From Convolutriloba macropyga (taxonomy: Eukaryota), in contig NC_134472.1 in the NCBI RefSeq assembly GCF_964194025.1, forward strand, positions 44,206,001 to 44,270,000: a DNA stretch of 64,000 bases. Reading direction: 5' to 3'. Below, one piece after another: positions 37,601-50,000 of the stretch. Under the pieces are notes generated by a model. The model was given only the letters and a program-made list of their open reading frames with translations, had not been told where the DNA came from and searched no databases. Made by a program: the position numbers and the translations under genes. Numbering within the stretch: the first letter of the stretch is position 1; every line of letters begins with the position of its first letter.

Positions 37601-39450
37601 ACTACGACCAATACTTGATGTCTGTATTAAAATAAACCGCAACAAAATCAAATTTGCATCGGATAAAACCAAAAAAAATTACCTATACTTCAGTAGAAAA
37701 GACATGGGAACTGACCTAAATGCGATTGTTTAACAGAACGACAAAAAACAAGAAAGTGAGAATTCCAAAAACAAGTTTCCATTTTTGGAACGCATCAATT
37801 TTAAATTGACTAACACGATTAGATGTTAGCTGAAATCACTAAAATATTCATTTAATTCCCTATAGAAAGCTATTGAGACCTGTCATTATCCAGTTTCCGT
37901 CACACGATTAGAGAAAGAAGGACGAATACCGGCAAAGTTGAAAAGTTTCATTAAACTTTGCTCGAAAATGGCAGTTAAGCCAAAAAAATCAAAAACTTGC
38001 CACCAAGATTATTAAAAATTTTCAATTGCGCAATATATCAAAGCCAATATGACCTACCATTAAGTTTAGTAACATGTCCAAACGAACTCAAGCTCAATAT
38101 ATACATAAAACTTGCAATTTATTTATTCATGCCAACAACAATAAAAGAAGAAATTTTGCACTATAAAATTTTGTTAAATTTTAAGCGCTAAAAAATTTCC
38201 CCTAAAAGCCTATCAGAGTTTGATGACAAAAACACTCAGGTGCTGAGCAACTGCTTGAAGCAAACTTGCAAAACATGATTATTGGTGAAAAATAATGTGC
38301 TTGATTGACTTTTTCACGACTATAGGTTTTTGTTTGCAGCAGTATATCTCGCGATCGGATATAAAGTTGTCGTTAAATATGGCGTTAATCACAATTTTTT
38401 TTGTTTTTATTATTGCATTGCATTTCAGTTTAAAAAATTATCGATTGTTCTAACAAGGAGGCTCGGTTATGTTCGTACGCACATAATGTTTTGACATCGC
38501 TCATCCACATTCTTGACTTAGTTGGCTACCAAATGATTAAGAGGTAAAAAACTTTCAAAAATATGCATATCGTTCAATAAAAAAACCAATGAAAAACAAC
38601 CATGCCACGCTAGAAGACCGACAAAACTTGTTGTTAATGAATCTTCTAGAAAAGAAAACAAAAATCAAATAACGAACATTAACTACGACACAAACTCAAT
38701 ATCTATAATTAAAAAACAAAACCAAATGAAACTCGCATCAGATAAAACATAAACAAAACAAACTAACCTATACTTCATCAAAAGTGTCTGGGACTTGATC
38801 CTAATCCGATTGGGTAACAGGTCGATAAAAAGAGCAAAAAAGTGCGAAGTTCAAAAATACGTTCCTATTTTTTGAAAACAATCAATATCAAATTGATTAA
38901 TATCATCAAATAATAACTAAAATCACAAAAATGTTGGTTTATCTCTCAATAGGAAGCAATTGAGACCTGTCTTTATTCGGTCTGCGTCTTTCGACTACAA
39001 CAAGAAGGACAATTACCGGCAAAATAAATAAAGTTCCATCAAACTTTGCACAAAAATTCCATCAAACTTTGCACAAAAACGTTGCATTAAAAACGTAAAC
39101 AAGAGCGCCAAAAATGATCAATTAAACTGTATATCAAAGCCAATGGGACCTACCAATGTACGGAGTAAACTTGAGTACGGTTCTTGACTTGATAATTTTA
39201 AAAAATTAAAAATATAAAAAACAATAAACTGTTTCGGAGTTTATTAACATGTCCAAACAGTATCAAGCTCAATATATACATAAAACTGCCAAATTTTGTT
39301 ATTCATACCATCAAAAGTAACAGAAGAAATTTTACACTAGCAAATTTGGCAAAGTTTTAAGTACTGAAAATTTAAGTACTGAAAGCCTGTCAGAACTTAA
39401 GGAACAACAATTTTGGAGTTTAAGAACATGTCCAAATCAACTCAAGATCA
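31650..39450. repeat. Complex tandem array of ~0.8-1.1 kb units of differing ages
   Basis: Recurring aactcaagctcaatatatac, ccacgctagagggccga and ataggaagcaattgagacctgtc blocks. Confidence 0.85.
35555..37692. repeat. Near-identical 809-bp tandem repeat, ~2.6 units
   Basis: tacggttcttgatatgataattct at 35562, 36371 and 37180; only a few substitutions between units. Confidence 0.95.

Positions 39451-39495
<45 letters not shown>
39451..39495. repeat. (AT)n microsatellite
   Basis: Read directly from the sequence. Confidence 0.95.
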
Positions 39496-39500
<5 letters not shown>

Positions 39501-41219
39501 TTGAATCTAGTTTTTTAGACAAACAAAAATAAAAGAAGATAATAGGACTACGTAGAAATGGCAACAAAGAGAACCCCAAAATTTGAACGTTGTAGAAACC
39601 ACAAAACCTCTCTAAAAAACTGAAGGTTGAAGCCATCCGTCAAAACGTATAACCAAAAGAGAAAATGTTTTTGGGATAAACAAAAGTGGTTGACACTTCC
39701 TATTAGTGGGATTGAAATACAATTTGACAAAACAAGGAAAAAAAACAGTTGAGAAATAAACTTTCCTTAAAAAAAATTATTTGAAGGTCATTAAAAGAAA
39801 TTAATCTATAACCTGAATTCTTTAACTAGGCTAAGTTATACGTCCTGGAGAAGCAATTTTTTTATCAGGTATTTGACCCACTACAGCAAAAAGAAGACGA
39901 CTATAGGCAAAATTTAAAAAGAATTGTCCTCTAAATTTTGCAGTATCTCAGCTCAAATGCATAAACTATTCAGCAAAAAGAATTAACGTATTCAAATACG
40001 CCTTTTTTCAACAATGTGAATTTTCCTAACTATGCTCTTCTTTAATTGGATTTGTCAAAAATTTCGTAATTCGACAACGGAACAAAAGAAACTCAAAAAT
40101 GTGAAATTACGCACAAAATTAAAAAAAAGTTTTGAACACCCTTAGTATCAAACCAAAAATTCAGTAGTTAAACACAAAAGCGTTGCACACGTCAATTTAA
40201 AATGCACAGAAATTGGGCTTCCGCCTGTTTTTTCTTTGACTTCGCGAGAAGTAGAGAGAAGTAAGTTAAAATAGTGGCCATTTCAAACGTTCACCCCCAA
40301 TTCCTTAAAACATAAATATCCAAAATCATAAGAGACATTAGATAACAACTGAAGGTATTTTCTAGGTTGAATTATACCTCTGAAAATACTTTGGTCGGAA
40401 AAACTAAGTCTTTGAACTGCAAAAAATTAACAACCGAAAGTAGAAACTAAGGAGTCCAAAAATTTTTACGAAAATATTGATTCAAAGCCAGAAAAATCAT
40501 AATACTAACTCTGAAACCATAATATATGGTCATTTGTTATAAATAGAATCGATCAAAAATTAATTGTCAGTAATTTACTCAAAAAACTATGAATGTGGAA
40601 ATAATTTGAAAAAATTGCAGCGCCCATGAAAACCTTAAATGTTTTCCACCGTAGGGATCCATGGTGAGATGAAGATCAGCGCTAGGAGAACACTCGATTT
40701 GTGCGTCTCAGAAAGCACTTAATTGTTCAAATTGTTGCGAAATTTTCAGACCAAAACTTTTCAGTATAACCAATAGAAATAATCCGTTTTGTATAATTAA
40801 TGAGTGTAAATTTGCAAAAAAAACCTGGCAAAATTATCATGCGAGAAGACTTATAAAGCTAGCAGGATTACCACTATCTCTTTTTAAGCTTACGAAGAAT
40901 ACGATTACAGTTTAAAGTGTCTAATTCTAGCAAATTAAAATAAAGTGGGCTGAAAAAGCATATTTGATCCCATTGTTGAAAGAAAAATTCTGAAAAATTC
41001 TATCCAAAAAAAAAACTCGGATCGAACAATTAAGCGACCCTCCTCAATCTTTAAAGATAAAAGCAAAAATACTACCGTTACCATTTTACCATATTTTTAG
41101 CAATGTTGACGAACATTTGGTTCTAAAAAACTGAAAATGTGAACAAAAACAACGGAATTTTTTTTTAATCTTCAAAAATGTAAATTTAAAGTTATAACCA
41201 CAACAAAAACGTTTGGTTA

Positions 41220-42480
41220 AATATTTACATTTTCAAAATCGCCTCGTAAATATATGAATAGTTTGGTCTTTATACTTCAGTAGAACAAATTTCTAAAGCC
41301 TCTTACTTGTCTATCTATTGGAACACGTTCATGCAGTTTGACCATTTCACTGCTTTTTTTTTCCTTAAATTTATTTTTAGTTTTCTCTTTTCGGATTTCA
41401 GTTGGCAAATTATTCCACTTCCTAGAAAAATTTCTAATCAGTGATCTGTCACTCTATTTGGATTGGCACTTATTCTTTGGAAAGTACTGGAGAGTTTTTG
41501 GTTTCTCGACTGCTCTCTTTATATTGTGAGAGGAGGTCAAAAAATTTAAGAAGACAAACGTTTTTATTGAAAAGCTCTGCTGGTGAAAGTTTGTCTTTCA
41601 ATAATAGATCTCTTGCGCTGTCAAACTTTTTGCGCAGGTGGCAAACCTTTATTCCCCAATTTATTTGTCTATTAACTCTCTGAAGTGACTTAACCGACAA
41701 CGATTGAAAAAAAAATGGCACTGAAATTGAGATGGGACAAAACAAGTGATTTAAACAGCCCGATTCTTGCTTTTAAGGGTAGAAAATGTCTTACTAAGTA
41801 AATTGACCTAATAGCATTTGCCATTTTTGTTAACGTTTTGTTTAGCTGAATATCAAAATTTAGATTGTTATCAATCATTATACCTAAATAACGACAACTT
41901 GTTTTTGACTCTATGAAAATTCCATTATAATGAAATTGTTCACTTTTTGATTCCCCATTTTTTCAAAAAATCTCAATTTCTGTTTTATCTCTGTTTAAGG
42001 TTAACATATTTTGCCTCATATAACTGTCAGTATTTTCAAATACACTATTAATTTCGCATAAAAGATTTTCATCAGATTAGGAATGACAAATAATGCATGT
42101 GTTATCTGCAAACTGTAAAACGTCCTCTCTTTTTTTCATTTTTTTCTGGGAAATCGTTGATAAAAAGTATAAAAATTAAAGGTCCGAGAACTGTTCCTTG
42201 AGGTACTCCGTGATTGATTGTCACCCAGTTCGAATATTCAATGCCGTTCTTTACGCATTGTTTTCTGTTAGATAAAAACGATTCTAGCATTGCAATTGAT
42301 TCCGTACTAAATCCATATTTTGCAATTTTTTCGAGAAAAATTTTGTGAGATATTGAGTTAAAAGCTTTGGCCAAATCCAAGAAAATACTAACAACGGTTT
42401 CGTTTTCTTCTAACAAACTGTTCACTGATTCTGTCAACGATATTACTGTATCATTCGAATATTTTCTTTTCAGAAACACA
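41220..42480 (-). mobile_element. 5'-truncated CR1-group LINE RT fragment
   Basis: FLDLAKAFNSISH, GVPQGTVLGPLIFILFIND, FADN (frameshifted), YLGIMIDNNLNF and FKSLVLSHL. Confidence 0.88.
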
Positions 42481-44057
42481 AATATGTTCTGCTATTCACA
42501 AAACTTTGAACCTCGATAACTCCCTTTAAAAAGCGCAAAAGAAAAAACTTTATAATTCCATATTCTAGCTGGATATTCTTTCTAATGCTCATATTCTTTC
42601 TAATGATACCATCACAACTCTCTACGATGTCTATATCGATCGGCCAAAATTGACTGAACCCATTTGAGTATATAGTTCCTCGCCCCCCCCCCCCACCTCT
42701 CTCAAGTGGGTCGGAACAAATACGCAAACAGCAACTGGCATTGATGAAGTTGCAATTAGTGTACTTAAAATATGTAAAATAGTTTGTACTGACATAGCAG
42801 GATTTCGATAGTGGATTAAGATGCTACTTGCTGACAGTGTCATTTTCATTTTACCCAATTCATTAATTGGGGGCTATTTCGTCGTGCGGCTTCAACGTGT
42901 AGCAAATCAACATCTTGACATATTCCTCAGAAAGAGCAACATGTCAGCAGTCACTACTGTTTTTTGGGATGCGAGTCTAATCCAAGTGATCGTTTCCAGT
43001 TAAAGATGTCGAAGCTTTCCTTAACTTATTGATGATAGGCTAGGCGAAGGTATCTAACTGAAGCCATGGCTCTGATCAGAGCTATGTTGCGACTAGGGGT
43101 AGATCAATGAAAACGTAATCATAAAATGTCGCATCGTAATCACAAAAACAATTATTGATTTTCAAGAAATGATTAAATTTTGTGTTTCGAGTAAAACGGC
43201 AAAACTTGTGCTCTAAGTGATAAAATTGTCATGGATAACGTTCACAATTTTGATAACAACTGCCGAAAATTTCTCAATTAATTTGAGTCAATGTAAAAAT
43301 TTATTTTTTGAAATTTTTTCGTAGTTCTATTTTTTCTAAGGTTGACTGAGCTAAGGCTGTTCGTATACAACTTTAATACTTACATGAAAAGTTTCAACTT
43401 GCTATCAACAAACAGATTCATTGAAAACACAACTTTTTAATTTAACTGAAATATTTTAGACGATATTTGAAACTTGTTGGTGTATTATTTAAAATGTGCA
43501 CTTTCACTGTTTAAAACAAGCCCATGTATAAGAGTTCGATTTCAAATTTCGTTCAGATTTTGCAAGCCTAGCACTACGAAAAACTCAACTGCGATATCAT
43601 TCCAAAGGATACATTAACTTATACCTGAAATTATCCGGTAATTTCTTCCGTGCACGAATTATTTTTTTAATCTTGACGAACGGGAAAAATATAGTGCCGT
43701 ATGACATGCATGGAAAAATGGTAACTGCTTAGATCTACTTTATTAAAAATGGTAACTGCTTGGACTAAGTGTCTTTAATTAATTTATATCTTCTTTGACA
43801 TCAAAAATCGTTCCAAACTCACAAAATTTCGAGCAAGCTTTAGCTGTCTACCCACTTTGAAGCCTCAAAAAGATGCTTTGATAGCTTTTTTTAGGAAGAA
43901 ACAATTAAAATATCTTTATTAATGAACATAATCAGTTGCATCAAGGTGAGCAAACTACCTGAAAAAAAATCAACTGTTGAGAATTTTTAAAACCGAATGA
44001 AATGTGATTACTTCGCGGAACCAACACAGAGACGCTCCTATAGCGGCAAACAATTTT

Positions 44058-44288
44058 AGTAGTAATATGTGAGCAAAGCTGGGGTGGGGGCGTAAAAAGA
44101 CGTACCTATGTATAAAGATTACGTATAGCCTATTTTCATCAATTTTCCAAAGACGTCCCTAATAATAGTGAGAACAATAGACCTGTCATCTTATCATAAT
44201 TACCCAGGGGTATTTATCTTAATTACCCCACGGGAAAAGCATCCAGTTCTCCGATCTAATGTATTTCAGGTAATCTCATCTACTTAAT
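44058..44288 (+). repeat. Polinton left terminal inverted repeat
   Basis: Reverse complement of 59598-59836 (e.g. tatagcctattttcatcaattttccaaag, tcatcttatcataattacccaggggta); about 85% identity by eye. Confidence 0.95.
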
Positions 44289-44489
44289 AAAATCCATCTG
44301 CAGATCTTTTATTTTTAATAATTTATTCTCATTTTATTCACTTGCGCAAGGTTTTCACAATTATAACTTTTTTCACTCATTAACGTAAAGAAAGTTCTAT
44401 TTTATCATTTTTCATTGCAATTCAGTCAATGTTTACTAGAATTTACCCGATTTTGTGCTGATATACGCAAATTTTGGCAATTTTACTAT

Positions 44490-44995
44490 TTGTTGCCAAT
44501 AAATACCCAATTCTTATAAAAAAAACCCAATTCTTACCAAACATTACCCAATTATTGACAAAAAATACCCAATTCCTGACGAAATAACACGTAATTTTTG
44601 ACAAAAATACTCAACTCTTGTAAAAATACCCAATTATTGCCAAAAAATACCCAATTCCTACCAAAATTTACGAAAACCACAAAATTTTTGTCAAAAAACC
44701 CAATTATTGCAAAAACTACCCAAATATTGCCAAAAATCACCCAATTATTGCTAAAAAATACCCAATTCGTGGCAAATAACACCCAATTCTTGGCAAAAAT
44801 ACCCAATTCTTCCCAAAAAATACCCAATTCAGGCCAAAAAATGCCCAATTCTTGGCAAAAATAACCCAATTCTTCCCAATTAATACCCAATTCTGAGCAA
44901 AAAATACCCAATTCTTGCCAGGAAAGACCCAATTCGTGGCAAATGATACCCAATTCATGACAAAAATTAATCAATTTGAGCTGAAAATACCCAGT
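44490..44995. repeat. 21-bp minisatellite (consensus ~aaaaatacccaattcttggca), about 23 units, subterminal in the Polinton
   Basis: acccaatt recurs every 21 bp. Confidence 0.92.
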
Positions 44996-45237
44996 TTTAT
45001 CAGCATATTTCGAAAAATTAACCAAAATTCAAAGAGATTTATTCAAATTTTTCCTAAATTTTTCTAAATTACTCGCATTATTCCCACAATTGCTTAATTT
45101 GGGAAATTTTCAAGTTTCAAAATGTTTATTGTAAAAAAATATCACGTGATCCCATTATTTCTGTTAGGAGGTAAATCCTCTCTGCCTTGTGAAGTTTCCT
45201 AATAACAAATCTACTGTGTCATCTGTTAATGACCATA

Positions 45238-46688
45238 AAATTCTCACGTGTTTAGTCAATTACGTCATAATAACTTCACAATTACATCATAACAACGTCC
45301 AAATTACGTCATCCTAACGTCACAATTACGTCATTATGTCGTCATAATTACGTCTTATTTAACAAAGAACTTTTCATTTCCGTTTAATTTCTTTTTCCTG
45401 ATTTACAGAATTTAGTGCAGTTGAGTACAATTATCTTTACAACTTCTGAAAAATTTTTTTTTCATCGCAACTTCCATTTTAACAGTTTTTTATATCTTCT
45501 TTTTCACTTCTAATCTTACATTTTACTTGTAATCCTACTTTCAGAAATGTCGCGAAATTCGGATCAAAAAGAACTTTGCAATGCTTGCGATAAGTTCATT
45601 TTGAAATCCAATATGAGTAGACATCAAAAGCTTCACGCGAGAGCTTGCTCACAATGCTCCCTGTCATTTCCTGACGACGAGAAACTGCAGCATCACATTG
45701 CTTCAACGTTCATTTCAACGTTCTCCACATATTATCAACTTCTTCATCATAAACGAAACAATCACCAGCATTCTGTTCCAGTGGCTTACGATGACGTTGA
45801 CTTAACTATCGATGGAGACTCTCCCGCTCTTCACAGTTAACTTCGAACGGTTCAACACTTTCTGTGAGACTCGATTCTTAAATTGTCCTGAAAAAACTTC
45901 ACAACTTCAAAATAATGGAGATTAAACATGAAACAGTGATAGAAAAATTGGACTTTGTTTGCAACGAGTCACCCATTTCAGCTAAAAGCAATATTTTGTT
46001 TGGATTCATGCTGTAGAGTGTGCAAAATCCAGAGGAATTTCGCTATTGCTACGCAGTGGATAACAACCCCGTATTCTTATATCCTATGGTTCTCTCTGAT
46101 GACTCAGATCCCAATTTTATCAAATCAAAGCTGAGAGAAGAGGAAATTTTACCAAGTCTGATTAATAAACGTCCAGACCCAAAATAGAAATTTTATTGCG
46201 TTACAAATGTCAATTTCTTTGTATTTCTCCTCAGTGGTATTCCTCTGGGCTGTATCATTCAAAATACTCCATTTATTTTCCTCAGGAACGGTTACGTTAA
46301 GTGTTTTGTTTCAGATTGTGAAAAAAACCCAACCAAGACAACCTATGTATATTCCGAGCAATGGCTTACGATTTGTACGGTAGTGTTGAGTTACAACTTA
46401 AAACAATCTAATTGATGCAGACATTCCTCTCAGCGACAAGAAGAGATGACGAAACCTTTCCCGGAATACATGAGGACGATATTCCAGTTCTTGAGGCTTT
46501 AGTTGTCAGAAATATTCAAATTTACTCAATATTTTTTGAGGAAGAAGCTGAAATGTTTGCTGAGGTTTCTCGCCGCTTGTCGATGAAACACACAAAGACA
46601 ACATCGTTACTGAGATATGAAAATCAAATTTGTTGGACGGCAGATATCAAAAAATTCCTCAAAAGGTTCCGGTGCTACATATGCGATC
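45238..46688 (+). pseudogene. Tandem duplicate of the pPolB upstream region and N-terminal part
   Basis: Colinear with 46689-48188. Same MSRNSDQKELCNAC start at 45547 and 47001; junction at tgcgatcaa|attctcacgtg. Confidence 0.95.
45241..45356 (+). promoter_or_regulatory. Phased array of AATTACGTCA (ATF/CRE-like) motifs upstream of pPolB; duplicated at ~46692-46807
   Basis: Motifs at 45258, 45280, 45302, 45324 and 45346 (exact 22-bp period); E-box CACGTG at 45245. A regulatory role is inferred. Confidence 0.5.
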
Positions 46689-47000
46689 AAATTCTCACGT
46701 GTTTAGTCAATTACGTCATAATAACTTCACAATTACATCATAATAACGTCCAAATTACGTCATCCAAACGTCACAATTACGTCATTATGTCGTCATAATT
46801 ACGTCTTATTTAACAAAGAACTTTTCATTTCCGTTTAATTTCTTTTTCCTGATTTACAGAATTTAGTGCAGTTGAGTACAATTATCTTTACAACTTCTGA
46901 CAAATATTTTTTTTTCATCGCAACTTCCATTTTAACAGTTTTTTTATATCCTCTTTTTCACTTCTAATCTTACATTTTACTTGTAATCCTACTTTCAGAA

Positions 47001-50000
47001 ATGTCGCGAAATTCGGATCAAAAAGAACTTTGCAATGCTTGCGATAAGTTCATTTTGAAATCCAATATGAGTAGACATCAAAAGCTTCACGCGAGAGCTT
47101 GCTCACAATGCTCCCTGTCATTTCCTGACGACGAGAAACTGCAGCGTCACATTGCTTCTAAACCTGAACCATCTCCCACTCAAATATAAAGTTTTCATGC
47201 AGCAGCTGCATTTCAACGTTCTCCACATATTATCAACTTCTTCATCATAAACGAAACAATCACCAGCATTCTGTTCCAGTGGCTTACGATGACGTTGACT
47301 TAACTATCGATGGAGACTCTCCCGCTCTTCACAGTTAACTTCGAACGGTTCAACACTTTCTGTGAGACTCGATTCTTAAATTGTCCTGAAAAAACTTCAC
47401 AACTTCAAAATAAAGGAGATTAAACATGAAACAGTGATAGAAAAATTGGATTTTGTTTGAAACGAGTCACCCATTTCAGCTAAAAGCAATATTTTGTTTG
47501 GATTCGTGCTGTAGAGTGTGCAATATCCAGATGAATTTCGCTATTGCTACGCAGTGGATAACAACCCCGTTTTCTTAAATCTTATGGTTCTCTCTGATGA
47601 CTCAGATCTCAATCTTATCAAATCAATGCTGAGAGAAGAGGAAAGTTTACCAAGTCTGATTAATAAACGTCCAGACACAAAATGGAAATTTTATTGCGTT
47701 ACAAATGTCACTTTCTTTGTATTTCTTCTCAGTGCTGTTCCTCTGGGCTGTATCACTCAAATTACTCCATCTATTTTGCTCAGGAACGGTTACGTTAAGT
47801 GTTTTGTTTCGGATTGTGAAAAAAACCCAACCAAGACAACCTATGTATATTCCGTGCATTGGCTTACTATTCGTACGGTAGTGTTGAGTTACAACTTAAA
47901 ACAATCTTATTCATGCAGACATTCTTCTCAGCGACAAGAAGAGATGATGAAACCTTTCCCGGAATACATGAGGACGATATTCCAGTTCTTGAGGCTTTAG
48001 TTGACAGAAATGTTCAAATTTACTCAATATTTATTGAGGAAGACGTTGAAATGTTTGGTGAGCTTTCTCGCCGCTTGTCGATGAAACACACAAAAACAAC
48101 ATCGTTACTGAGATATGAAAATCAAATTTGTTGCACGGCAGACATCAAGAAATTCCTCAAAAAGTTCCGGTGCTACATATGCGATCAAGTTTTCGACAGA
48201 TCCTTCAATCTTATGAGGCACATGCAAAACTGCTCCGAAAACACGCAACACAAATATCCAACAGGAGCCCATCAATTAGCAGAAATTATTTTTGATCGTT
48301 TGGATGACGTTAAAATTAATGTTCCGCAAGAACTTAGTCTTTTTTTTCATCTTATTGTATTTGAGTTTGAGTCAATAACCGTCCCCAACAATACACTCAG
48401 AAACACAGATTTGACTTTGTGGATTGGAAAACATGTTCCCATTAGCGTGTCGATTGCTTCCAACCTACTTGAAGAACCAATATTCATTTGCAACCAAGAT
48501 CCATATCAATTGATTCGTGATTTGGTATCAAGCTCGACTAATATAGCACACTTCTAATGAGGGAAAAACTCAGTGCTTTCGTTTTGGAATTGGGAAAAAA
48601 TTGTTGGGCAGTTCGACAGTTGGTTCCAGTGAAAGACAGGCAGGTACCCACGGGAGCGGAAGACATATTTGACAACGAAGTTGAAACCGAGGAAGAGGAG
48701 AACGAAGACCTTGAAATTCAGAGACTGAGATGCGAGCTCAAGATGTTATCAAATTCGAGACAACACTTTGAGAACTGTTACAGCACCATTCCTGTATTTG
48801 GCTTCAACAGTTGCAGGTACGATTTGAACTTAATCAAAGAGTATCTTCTGCATCATCTCTTAACAGAAAAAACGTTGTTCCCAAAGTGATTCGAATGGAA
48901 AATAAATATATCGGAATGAATTCTCTTGGTCTACAATTTCTGGACATTTTAAACTTCCTGGGAGGAGCAACAACTTTGTAAAACTTCCTAAAAGCTTATG
49001 GGGCCATTGAAGAAAAACCTTTCTTCCCCTGTGAATGGTTCGACAGTATTGAGAAATGGAATGTATCCCAACGGCCTCCAATCAACAGGTTTTCGAGCAA
49101 GTTGAAGAACCAGAACGTGCTTTTGGTCGAGTAGAATAAGTTCGTGGAATTGAAAAACGGTTGAATGGAACAGAATGAAATTTTGAAGAAGTTGAGACTC
49201 AAGAAATCTCCACAAAATGCCGAAGAAAATTACTTGAAGCTCCAAAATATTTGGGAAAGAGAAGGCATGCAGACTTGTCGCGACTTCCTCATGTGGTACA
49301 AAAACAAAGATGTCGGACCTACACTTGATGCAATGACAAAAATGGTTGATTTTTATCACTAAAAACGAGTAGACATGTTAATACTGAGTTACAATCTTCC
49401 CAAATTAGCCATCAGATTTCTCCATTCCTCAACAGATGCTGAGTTTTTTTTCCGATTTTGTGAAAAAGATAAAGACTACGACAACTACATTGGAAAGTGG
49501 CTAACAGGAGGACCCTCAATCATTTTTACACGTTTTGCAAAAGTCGGGGAAACAAAGATAAGAGAGTCCGAAAATGTATACAAATCTATAGTGGGCTTTT
49601 TGCTAGTCAACTTTATCTTTTTTCTATGACAAAAGAGATGCCAACAGGGCCCTATACAAAAAAGGAGTACAATAAGGAGACTGAAAAATTCCAACCGAAG
49701 AGGAGCTGGAGAAGCTACTTTGAGCAGCAGGTCATGGACTACTTTCAACAGATTCATCCCAATTGTAAAATACAAACCCAGTTCACACACAAGAAACAAA
49801 AGAAGATCGGACGTTATTTAGTGGATGGGTTTTGTAACCATTGCAACACAGTTTTTGAAGCGATGGGTTGCTTCTTCCATTTTTGTCAGTGTCAAGAGGA
49901 AAAACAGCTTCTCTTCGAGGATATTGAACGTGGATTGAAGCGAAGAGAACGTGACAATGATAGAAGAGAGTAACTGAAAAGATTGGAGTTAAACGTCGAA

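Noticed and set aside
44552-45025. Heptad-repeat protein (ELGIFWQ)n
   Set aside because: A by-product of the 21-bp minisatellite: several frames on both strands are open and the start is TTG. It cannot be fully excluded without sister copies.
45547-45840. Host C2H2 zinc-finger gene
   Set aside because: It is the duplicated N-terminus of the Polinton pPolB.
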